Shown here: positions 26,965-34,898 of the stretch, one piece after another | Position numbering within the stretch: the stretch's first letter is position 1 | Layout of the letters: each line of letters starts with the position of its first letter | Assembly: GCA_964639295.1 (NCBI GenBank) | Contig: CAZXDT010000001.1 | Coordinates: 181,068-245,067 of the forward strand | Length of the DNA stretch: 64,000 nt | Direction of reading: 5' to 3' | Source of the DNA: an uncultured Candidatus Saccharibacteria bacterium | Lineage (GTDB): Bacteria > Patescibacteriota > Saccharimonadia > Saccharimonadales > JALRHH01 | Translations under genes and position numbers: made by a program | Notes under the pieces: model-generated | Database searches by the model: none | The model's input: only the letters and a program-made list of their open reading frames with translations | What the model was told of the DNA's origin: nothing

Positions 26965-27754
26965 CTTTTGCCTGTAAGGCTTTGACTGTTAGCTCTGTAC
27001 GCGCGCGGGCGTAGGTACAGTGTTCACAGGGGCCGCCCATGGCTGCGGTGCCGATTGGCGGCATTTCGTCAGATTCCATACAGGCTTTCATATCCTCAAT
27101 TGTCTTACCAACCCAGTCACTATTGCCGTGATGTGGAAACACAAAGGTTTCAAAGTCTACTCTATTAAAGAAACCTTCCCTATCCTGTGTGCCGGTAGCA
27201 TACACAAAGTAACCCGTGTCGCTTACCTTGAAGCCATTTTGCTTGAGTAACCATTGGTAGACTTCCATTTGGCGTCGGTACATATCCTGCCAGGTACCTT
27301 CGGGTCCGAGTTCAGTGACAGGTTTTGCCTTGGCAGTCGCTTTATAGTCAACAACCATTAATTCACCATCATCATTAACCCAAATGTCATCCACAGCACC
27401 AAAAATATGCAGATTCGTTGGTTCGTGGATAGTGGTAATTCCGGTGAAGTTGTAGCGCCACGTATCAAGATCTTTGTGCTGATATGGGATAGCTTTGATC
27501 TGATTGTCGGTCATCAAAGGATGTGGCTGTTGTTTAGCACGATAGACATCAAATTCCTTTTTAAAAAGTTCGTCGATAGTCTTATTGATGTTAAATGGCG
27601 GGCTTGATGGGCGCGTAATTTTAAGCCGTACATCCAGCCAAAAACAGCGTGGACACTGCATAAACAACTCGATTTTTGATCGAGACAACTTAAAAGGTGT
27701 CTTCTGCCCTGGTTGATATGGGAGCGATCGCTCCCTGAAGTAGTTCCCTGCCAT
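26954..27754 (-). CDS. PD-(D/E)XK nuclease, Cas4/RecB-like with Cys cluster
   Basis: 266 aa. N-terminal QCPRCFW, GAVDD...VVDYK (D..D/ExK), QMEVYQWLL (QxxxY), C-terminal C...CEHC. Confidence 0.65.
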   Translation of the reverse strand: MAGNYFRERSLPYQPGQKTPFKLSRSKIELFMQCPRCFWLDVRLKITRPSSPPFNINKTIDELFKKEFDVYRAKQQPHPLMTDNQIKAIPYQHKDLDTWRYNFTGITTIHEPTNLHIFGAVDDIWVNDDGELMVVDYKATAKAKPVTELGPEGTWQDMYRRQMEVYQWLLKQNGFKVSDTGYFVYATGTQDREGFFNRVDFETFVFPHHGNSDWVGKTIEDMKACMESDEMPPIGTAAMGGPCEHCTYARARTELTVKALQAKAKK

Positions 27755-27847
27755 ACGTTGCTCTATTGTACTATGAGCCGAGCGAAATGATTGCTAGTAA
27801 TCATTTCCGAGCGAAGACGTACATCAGTAACTTGTTACTATGTAGCA

Positions 27848-29959
27848 CTAGTGAGCGTGCGCTAGGCCGTGTCTTCGGAAAGCTTTGTATACTTGGTGCT
27901 TACCGTGATGCCTAGCAATCAAAACTACTGCTAGCCCAATCCCGCCAATTCCTGCTCCTACGCCAAGTAATAATAGTAGTATCGACGGGTCTTTGACGTC
28001 TTTACCTTCACTAATGGCCTGCTCAGATAGTTCTATATACTGATCCGCAAGTCGATGCGACGGGAATAATTCTTTAACTTTCTCGAACTGTGTTTGGGCT
28101 GCAGAATAGTGGTGCTTACTGTACAGATCAAGTCCTTTTTGCCAGGCAGCTTGTGTTGGGCTTGAAGGATTTGGAGTTATATCTTTGTTTTTCATGAGGT
28201 CTTTGAAATCTTTGATATCACGGATGTAGCTCTTAGCAGCGTCAGTGGACTCACCACTGGAGAATCGGTATGTTAATAGCCCAAATACCTGCCCATCTTC
28301 GTTAATTGCCGGCCCACCGCTATTACCCGCGGAGGCATCTGCATCAGATTGGTATAGCTTTGAAGCCGTACCCGCTGTATCGCGAATCGAGCTGATCGCA
28401 CCATTTGTGACAGTCACACTCAGCTTACTATTATCTGTTAATGCGTTGTCTGCATCCCCTGGGAACCCAAACAAACTAATCTTTTCATTCTGGGTGACCG
28501 GTCCATCGGCCAACTGCACAACGGGTAGATTTTTGGCCTCAATTTTGAGCAAAGCCACGTCACTGGCGCTAAAGCCTTTCTTTGGGTCACTCACAACCGT
28601 CAGCTGATCTTTAGGTGAGTAGTTATATCCGACGATCCGTGCAGATTTGAGGCTCTCAGTATCCCTGAAGGCGCCGACCATTCGTCGAGCATCCTGTTCA
28701 TCCTTAAGCTCTAGCGGGGTTGAGCCGAGTGCAACTACTGTAAGGTCATGTTGATCTTGCAGTCTTAACTCGGCATCTGAGAGGTCATAAATCTTGGACA
28801 CTACCGATGCTGTCAGATCCGGACGACCCATAACTTCTTGAACCTGTGTGTCGGTTAGTTTAGTCCCTTTTAGGAATGCTGCTAACAATGTTGGGTTTTT
28901 CAGCAATGCACTCGACAACATGTCTTTTGCGCCGTAAACAACGACGTGCCCATTAGTGCCAATATAGCCATCCTGCGACACGATAAAGCCACTACCCGAC
29001 AAGCCCTCACAAGTGTCAGTAGCTACAACACTACCCTTATAGACCAACGTGCCACAAACGATGTGATAGACCTTAATGACTGCCGGGGATACAAGATCTG
29101 CGACATACTTTTGATCGAGTATCGGTGCTTTGTCTTCGCCAAACAGCGTAGAAAGACCTTCTACTTTGGCATCAGAAGAGATTTTGAGCGTTTGGAAAAT
29201 TGGTGCCATAGACGACGGAATTTCTGCACCAACCACAATACCCCTTACCGTAACAGATAGCGGTTTACCATTTACCTGTGCTGTCCAAACAATGGTATGT
29301 GTTGGATTACCGGCAAACTTAGGACTAATTTTGTATACGGATTTGACCATCGCCGTGCCGTTGAGAGTGTCTGCGGTTCGGCTTTCCAGAGCAATATCAG
29401 CAATCGTAGTTGGCTTGGGGGCGAAGTAGTTAGCCGTGACTGTTGGCATATCCTGCCCCGTGGGTGCCTTTGTCTTAAAGGTAGCAAATGCGCCAGCGTC
29501 CGTTTCGCTCGCAAGTTCAAGCTCTGCTGCAGCTTCAGGGGCTGGTACCCGGCTTGGCAGTGGGCTCAAAACTACACTCGTAAGCGCCTTACCTGACTTT
29601 AAGTCCGAATCACTAATACCCCCAGTCGCGCCATCACCCCTGGCTTGCACACTGAATTGCTCATTATTAAAGCCGAATGCAAACCCGCTGCTCGAACGGA
29701 CCAATGTCGTTCTACGTACTGCCGGATCAGTCACTGCTTGGTTAAACAGCGTTCGGGGATCAAGTGATTGCCGCGTTATAACTGCGCCCAGCTCCAGGGC
29801 CATAGTTCCAACAAACGCTAATGTTAGTATCAAGAATAACAGATGTCGCTTGCGGAACGCCTTGGTGTGATGTGGCAAAATATGCAAAGCATCCGCCAAA
29901 GCGATTAACGCCGGAGGATGCTGCAATGTTTGTTTTGTGTGCGCAGTCGTAGCTGCCAT
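27848..29959 (-). CDS. Membrane-anchored trypsin-like (S1C-type) serine protease with TM helices at both ends
   Basis: 703 aa. TNGHVV (His), DVALLKI (Asp), GNSGGPAI (Ser). TM LLFLILTLAFVGTMALELGAVI near the N-terminus and ILLLLLGVGAGIGGIGLAVVLIA near the C-terminus. AAGGTGAGGG RBS. Confidence 0.75.
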   Translation of the reverse strand: MAATTAHTKQTLQHPPALIALADALHILPHHTKAFRKRHLLFLILTLAFVGTMALELGAVITRQSLDPRTLFNQAVTDPAVRRTTLVRSSSGFAFGFNNEQFSVQARGDGATGGISDSDLKSGKALTSVVLSPLPSRVPAPEAAAELELASETDAGAFATFKTKAPTGQDMPTVTANYFAPKPTTIADIALESRTADTLNGTAMVKSVYKISPKFAGNPTHTIVWTAQVNGKPLSVTVRGIVVGAEIPSSMAPIFQTLKISSDAKVEGLSTLFGEDKAPILDQKYVADLVSPAVIKVYHIVCGTLVYKGSVVATDTCEGLSGSGFIVSQDGYIGTNGHVVVYGAKDMLSSALLKNPTLLAAFLKGTKLTDTQVQEVMGRPDLTASVVSKIYDLSDAELRLQDQHDLTVVALGSTPLELKDEQDARRMVGAFRDTESLKSARIVGYNYSPKDQLTVVSDPKKGFSASDVALLKIEAKNLPVVQLADGPVTQNEKISLFGFPGDADNALTDNSKLSVTVTNGAISSIRDTAGTASKLYQSDADASAGNSGGPAINEDGQVFGLLTYRFSSGESTDAAKSYIRDIKDFKDLMKNKDITPNPSSPTQAAWQKGLDLYSKHHYSAAQTQFEKVKELFPSHRLADQYIELSEQAISEGKDVKDPSILLLLLGVGAGIGGIGLAVVLIARHHGKHQVYKAFRRHGLAHAH

Positions 29960-30038
29960 ACCCTCACCTTAGGTTACTTAACCATAAGTATAACCCTGTT
30001 AGCTCTTCATAACAAACGCAAGCTGATAGCTACTTATA

Positions 30039-30269
30039 CTATTGTCGTTGGGGCACAAATTCGGTAATAAGTGCAAGATGCGCTTCGTCGTCTTTGAGCT
30101 CTGTGATGCGGTACAAGCGCTCGGTCCCCACTCCATCAAATAGTAAAACTTCTTGACCGGCCTGGAACCCGAGAACCTGGTTCCATTGTTCTAAAATTTC
30201 TTGGTCATGTAACCAGAAATCGTGTTTCAATTCTAGTTTTGTGCCGACGTTAAAACGATGTAACTGCAC
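30039..30269 (-). CDS. RsmE N-terminal (PUA-like) domain only; truncated 16S rRNA m3U1498 methyltransferase remnant or stand-alone domain
   Basis: 76 aa, GTG start. MQLHRFNV...QVLGFQAGQEVLLFDGVGTERLYRITEL matches the RsmE N-terminus. The SPOUT domain is absent and only 79 bp remain before the next gene. Confidence 0.5.
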   Translation of the reverse strand: MQLHRFNVGTKLELKHDFWLHDQEILEQWNQVLGFQAGQEVLLFDGVGTERLYRITELKDDEAHLALITEFVPQRQ

Positions 30270-30274
30270 GACAA

Positions 30275-30928
30275 TTATTCTGAACCCTGTAAGTTATACA
30301 GCTGGCCAGATGCAAGGGTCGCACCGACTGTATAGCTACGACACATCACACTTGAGCTGTTACAACCCTCTGGTAGAGGCACATAGTGATACTGCCCCTT
30401 AGTAGGCTTAGCGGCAAAATTAATGTTTGAGCCAAGTGGATCAGTATACGTCTTGCGGCCTATCTTAATGAAACTCGGGTCGGCACGACGGAACTCTTCG
30501 CTGTTAATCTGCGAAATAGAAGGATATATTCCAAATCGGTCGTAATACTCACCAAGACGGTCATTAATCAATTTAATGTCATTTTTCTGCTCTTCTTCAG
30601 GATTGAGTGGTGTAACGAGCGCAGCCGGCCCAGGTACGTTCGCCCGGCTAAGACTTGGCTTTGGCTTATTATGAACAAACGTGCTCACGGAAATAATAAT
30701 AAGTAGCCACACGCCAACCATTGCGGCGATTGTTTTAGGTGTCATGAAATGTGACATTGCTGAGTGGGAATGGCCTATTGGCAGTTCTGGCATACTAATA
30801 GGTGAACTCGGTGCAATTGCCCCAGAACCAGACGAACTCACAGAAGAATCAAACGCAGTGCGTGCGATATTCTGAGTGTCTTGGATGCTCTCTGACTGAT
30901 AGTCAGGAGTATTTTCTTTTAAGTTCAT
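30275..30928 (-). CDS. Membrane-anchored hypothetical protein with pilin-like globular-domain motif
   Basis: 217 aa. TM IAAMVGVWLLIIISVSTFV. NDIKLINDRLGEYYDRFGIYP resembles the D..I...LE.YY...G.YP motif of type IV pilins and pseudopilins. C-terminal Cys pair. No prepilin cleavage motif. Confidence 0.45.
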   Translation of the reverse strand: MNLKENTPDYQSESIQDTQNIARTAFDSSVSSSGSGAIAPSSPISMPELPIGHSHSAMSHFMTPKTIAAMVGVWLLIIISVSTFVHNKPKPSLSRANVPGPAALVTPLNPEEEQKNDIKLINDRLGEYYDRFGIYPSISQINSEEFRRADPSFIKIGRKTYTDPLGSNINFAAKPTKGQYHYVPLPEGCNSSSVMCRSYTVGATLASGQLYNLQGSE

Positions 30929-31018
30929 TTATTTCCTATTAGTTTTTGTTTTTTATTTATATAAAACAGTACGTCTATTTATAGCATAAACGTGTTAAAT
31001 TTGCAAGAGTATTTTGAT

Positions 31019-32281
31019 CTATTTAATTAGCTGTAGCACTGCTAATGACTCAATGTGTGGAGTTCGTGGGAAAAAGTTAAAACCACTAACAGAGGTAATT
31101 TTGTATGAACCCTGCAGTAACGCCAGATCACGAGCCTGTGTTATGGGATTACAACTGAGATATATGATTGCTGGTGGTTTGGCGTCTAGAATGCGCTCAG
31201 TTACTTTGGCGTGCAGACCAGCACGCGGAGGATCAACAATAAGGTATTGCTCGCTATTGATATAGTCCAGCGCTGTTTCAGCAGTCGCCTGCACTACCTC
31301 TGCCTTAGTCCCCTGGCTATTTTGTAGTGCCATTTCACAGTTATGCCTGTCTGATTCGACCAATACTGCCGCACCACCAATGGCAAGTCCGATTGTACCG
31401 ACGCCGCTATACATATCTACATATGCGTTATCACCAACTGCTTGTTTAATTGCAGTTAGCGCTTGAGTGAAGATATCGAGATTTACTTGGAAGAATGAAT
31501 TTACGTCGTATGAAATATCGATATCCTGTATCTTTTCCGTCAGTACAATGTCCCCGTAGGTATAGAGCTCTTTTGTGATAACACTCGCAGGACTTTTTGG
31601 AGTTGAGTAGTAAACTGCTATGCCGCTGCACACTTTGGCAAGCTCTGGGAGTTCTGGAAACGATTCGTCTTTGACAAACAAGGCGGCAACAGTTTCCCCG
31701 GCCTGATTTGCACGTACGACGACTGTTTTGAGCTGAGAACCCCTGATACCGTGCTGGCTGAGCACTGATAAGATTTGGCTAGCTGTCTGGTCAACGGCGG
31801 GCATAGCGATGCTACTTCCTGGCACAATGCGTTTACCATGGGTTCCGCGATTGAATAGTGCAAGATGTAGGCCATTATCATCTGCCCAGAAGCTATATTC
31901 CATTTTGTTGCGGTAGTGCCACTGCTCAGTACCGGCAATCATGGGAATATCAGCGCTATATGCAACATGTTCACGCTGCATTGTTTCGGTTAGAATTGCT
32001 TGTTTATGTGCGTTTTCGGCAGTGAATGACATCATTTGCCAAGGGCTGGTACTTAGATACGCCTCATCGCGTGGCTGTTCGCGGTCTGGGGATGGCTTAA
32101 TAATCTCCGTGGCTATGCCTTCGGCCAACTTATTTTTGTTCTTAGTCAGCTGTATCTTAACCGTTTCACCCGGGAGCACATTCCACACAAAAACACGCCG
32201 GCCATCCGCCAGCCGGCCAATACCTTGGCCACCATGGACCAATTTTTCAATCACGCACTCCTCAACAGCTGGCCTGCTCAC
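31019..32281 (-). CDS. RNA (uracil-5)-methyltransferase, RlmD/TrmA family, with TRAM domain
   Basis: 420 aa, GTG start. TRAM (VIEKLVHGGQGIGRL...GETVKIQL), DMYSGVGTIGLAI, IVDPPRAGL, YLSCNP. Confidence 0.8.
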   Translation of the reverse strand: MSRPAVEECVIEKLVHGGQGIGRLADGRRVFVWNVLPGETVKIQLTKNKNKLAEGIATEIIKPSPDREQPRDEAYLSTSPWQMMSFTAENAHKQAILTETMQREHVAYSADIPMIAGTEQWHYRNKMEYSFWADDNGLHLALFNRGTHGKRIVPGSSIAMPAVDQTASQILSVLSQHGIRGSQLKTVVVRANQAGETVAALFVKDESFPELPELAKVCSGIAVYYSTPKSPASVITKELYTYGDIVLTEKIQDIDISYDVNSFFQVNLDIFTQALTAIKQAVGDNAYVDMYSGVGTIGLAIGGAAVLVESDRHNCEMALQNSQGTKAEVVQATAETALDYINSEQYLIVDPPRAGLHAKVTERILDAKPPAIIYLSCNPITQARDLALLQGSYKITSVSGFNFFPRTPHIESLAVLQLIK

Positions 32282-32443
32282 AAGCGAAGCTTGCGATCCG
32301 CCAGCTTCTTGGCCACTTTGAACAGTGTCCTTTGCGGTACGCGGTTGACGTACTATTGTACGTCTCCCTTGCGTTCCACAGGACTCAGTCCAAACTGTCT
32401 CAAGTGAGTAGCACCTGATTTGAAAAATTGCACGCTTTTATCT

Positions 32444-33400
32444 TTATTTGCTAGCGTAGAGGCCAACAATTAATACTACAGCTACTGTGGTTCGAGCAAG
32501 GAAAGTCAGTACGTTATATGACTTATCGATTGCAATGTAGTCGTGTTTCCCAGAAAGTGGGGTCTTCTTAAGCTTGAGTTGAATAACGCAGAGCCATGCA
32601 ACAAAAGCAGCAGCAGCAGCATATGCGTACCAAGGTGATCGAGCCATACCGTAAATGTATGTACTCCACATAGTAGCGGCAAGTGCGAGAATTGGCACTG
32701 CTGAAGCTACTTGAGCACCGATCAAACTTGCACGTGCTGGTTTGCCTGTAACAGCGTTTTCACGCTCGTACATCCATGCAAAGTATGCGGTTAGCGCAAT
32801 ACTCAACATACCAAGCTTGAGTGCCAGTACATCTTGTACGCCGTTGAGTAATCCAACAAGTTCGAAGAAGAGAGCGCCAGTAACAGCGAAGTCAACCCAA
32901 CGTAGTGGTTGAACACCAGTTTTGACACCAGCTGCTTCACGGTGCTGCCACTTCGTGCCACGAAGTATTGCAAAAAGTGCAGATACACCGAGGAATACTA
33001 CGAGCAGCCAACGAAGCTCAAGCTCGTACAATGGGTGAGCTGCAGATGCCAGCACAGTGGTTGCGCTACTTGCAAGTTCATTCTTAGTCAAATGACCCAT
33101 GAATACTTGGATGCTGTCACTCTTCATGAGTAGTCCTGCAAGAACAGCCTGCAACGCAAGGATAACGCCCGCAATTACATACTGCTGGTTAAAACGACTC
33201 GTGAATGACTTAGTATTACTGATGTTTGTAGCTGCTGCTTTAACAGGAGCCTTCTTAGCTACAGTTTTCTTTGATGCTGCAGGTTTAGTTGTCTTAGCTT
33301 TTACTGATGATTTTGTGGTCTTTGCAGCAGCGGTTTTTGCTGGTGCCTTCTTGTTGGTAGTTTTGGTCTTTGCCTTGGTGGTAGATGTAGATTTAGCCAT
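32444..33400 (-). CDS. Heliorhodopsin-family 7-TM protein lacking the Schiff-base lysine (Arg instead), with Lys/Ala/Thr-rich N-terminal extension
   Basis: 318 aa, seven hydrophobic segments. Recalled heliorhodopsin motifs: FN..IAGV...LQ, FLGVSALF, RWVDF (RWVEY in characterised members), GVQDVLAL, FAWMYE, SYNVLTFLARTTV (TM7, K->R303, CGA 32492..32494). Confidence 0.65.
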   Translation of the reverse strand: MAKSTSTTKAKTKTTNKKAPAKTAAAKTTKSSVKAKTTKPAASKKTVAKKAPVKAAATNISNTKSFTSRFNQQYVIAGVILALQAVLAGLLMKSDSIQVFMGHLTKNELASSATTVLASAAHPLYELELRWLLVVFLGVSALFAILRGTKWQHREAAGVKTGVQPLRWVDFAVTGALFFELVGLLNGVQDVLALKLGMLSIALTAYFAWMYERENAVTGKPARASLIGAQVASAVPILALAATMWSTYIYGMARSPWYAYAAAAAFVAWLCVIQLKLKKTPLSGKHDYIAIDKSYNVLTFLARTTVAVVLIVGLYASK

Positions 33401-33434
33401 GCATTAAATATACCACATCTGTTTGTCAGATGGT

Positions 33435-33914
33435 CTACTCTACATCCTGGTATGGGATGTGACACATGCCGCGACCAGTACGTTCCGTGAATTTTTGGTG
33501 ATATTCCTCTGCAGGATAAAAGGTAGCTGCGGGTGTAATTTGCGTGGCGATTGGCTTATCTAAACCTGTCTGCAGTTCGTCACGGACAGCTTCTGCTATC
33601 TGTTTTTGCTCATCATCTATATAAAATATTGCCGAGCGATATTGGTCACCAACATCTGGACCCTGTCGATTAAGTTGTGTTGGGTCGTGCATTCTAAAGA
33701 ACTGTTTTACGAGTACCTCATAACTCACTTGTTCTGGGTCAAATTCAAGTTCCACGGCCTCGGCATGGCCTGTGCCATGCGAACAAACTGTATCGTAAGT
33801 TGGATTTTCTGTATGACCACCTGTGTACCCAGTAATACTTTCAGTTACGCCGGGTACTTGGTCAAAATAAAACTGTACACCCCAGAAACATCCCGCTGCA
33901 AAAATAGCTTTCAT
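33435..33914 (-). CDS. msrA: Peptide methionine (S)-S-oxide reductase
   Basis: 159 aa. MKAIFAAGCFWGVQFYF with the GCFWG active site. Confidence 0.9.
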   Translation of the reverse strand: MKAIFAAGCFWGVQFYFDQVPGVTESITGYTGGHTENPTYDTVCSHGTGHAEAVELEFDPEQVSYEVLVKQFFRMHDPTQLNRQGPDVGDQYRSAIFYIDDEQKQIAEAVRDELQTGLDKPIATQITPAATFYPAEEYHQKFTERTGRGMCHIPYQDVE

Positions 33915-33937
33915 ATAATGATTATCCCACGATTTAA

Positions 33938-34324
33938 TTAAACGAGTACTGGTTCGCGTTTGGCATCAAGCTCAGGATCAGATTCCGTAACCTTAACATC
34001 ACGCCAAAAGGCTACGTAATCACTGAAGTCCTTTTTGACTTTGTGAATAGCTGATTCGTACGGTTCAGGGTAGCTCCAGGCTACGTCTTCACTCATTGAA
34101 TCGCCCTGTTGGACATTAAAATACTGGCAAACGCCCTTCCATGGGCAGGTGTATGGCGTATCACTTTTAGTCAAAAAATCTTGTTTCACACTGTCTGGCG
34201 GGAAGTACCAATTGCCTTCTATGTAAATAAGATCCTCTTTTGGTGCCTCTGCAATAACTTGATTGTTCCAAATAGCTTTTATGACTGTTGCTCCCTTGCT
34301 GGTTTTAATAATCTGGCGAACCAC
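33938..34324 (-). CDS. DUF427 domain protein
   Basis: 128 aa, GTG start (uncertain; 46-nt overlap with the upstream gene). NWYFPPDSV and CPWKGVCQYFNV match the DUF427 pattern. Confidence 0.65.
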   Translation of the reverse strand: MVRQIIKTSKGATVIKAIWNNQVIAEAPKEDLIYIEGNWYFPPDSVKQDFLTKSDTPYTCPWKGVCQYFNVQQGDSMSEDVAWSYPEPYESAIHKVKKDFSDYVAFWRDVKVTESDPELDAKREPVLV

Positions 34325-34839
34325 ACGAGTTCCTCATAGAGAGCTTGTGCGTTTTTATCGTATCTTTCAGCCAACTCAGGCTTAATTTGCCCGTTTTCAT
34401 CAAATGTATCCTGTATTTTTGGAAAGTACATCTCTGTTTGGATGTTTACCATACCGGTACGGTGGCAAACTGGTAATAATGCCTCGCAAACGCGAACCCC
34501 GCCCCATGACCCACTACTGACACCAACGAGCGCCACTGGTTTATGTTTGTAGTTTGCATATTCGCTATCCAACATACGCTTTAAGCTACTCGGGTAGCCA
34601 TGGTTGTATTCTGGAGTCACAATAATAAATGCATCTGCTTTAGCCGTAATATCACTGTATTTGGGGTCTTTGACATCTTCGCCTTCGTCTAGCAGCATGA
34701 GCTCCTGAGGGTCTACAAAAATTAGCTCAACACCAGGCATCAATTTGGCATGTTCGGCTATATAATGCGCTGCCTTAACTGACTCACGCTTGGCCCGGAT
34801 GGTACCCACAAGAAGAGCTATGGTAATTGGATTATTCAC
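34279..34839 (-). CDS. NADPH-dependent FMN reductase family protein
   Basis: 186 aa, GTG start. ADAFIIVTPEYNHGYPSSLKRMLD is the family signature. Confidence 0.8.
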   Translation of the reverse strand: MNNPITIALLVGTIRAKRESVKAAHYIAEHAKLMPGVELIFVDPQELMLLDEGEDVKDPKYSDITAKADAFIIVTPEYNHGYPSSLKRMLDSEYANYKHKPVALVGVSSGSWGGVRVCEALLPVCHRTGMVNIQTEMYFPKIQDTFDENGQIKPELAERYDKNAQALYEELVWFARLLKPAREQQS

Positions 34840-34898
34840 TTACCTATTTAAGCGTAAAAAGTATACTTTGTCATTTTTTGAGCTTGATACCCATATAT

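Noticed and set aside
32346-32363. Perfect hairpin GACGTAC-tatt-GTACGTC downstream of the heliorhodopsin-like gene, considered as its terminator.
   Set aside because: It has no T-run on the minus strand and a short AT-containing stem. It may be a weak or factor-dependent terminator or a protein-binding palindrome. Evidence is insufficient to annotate it.
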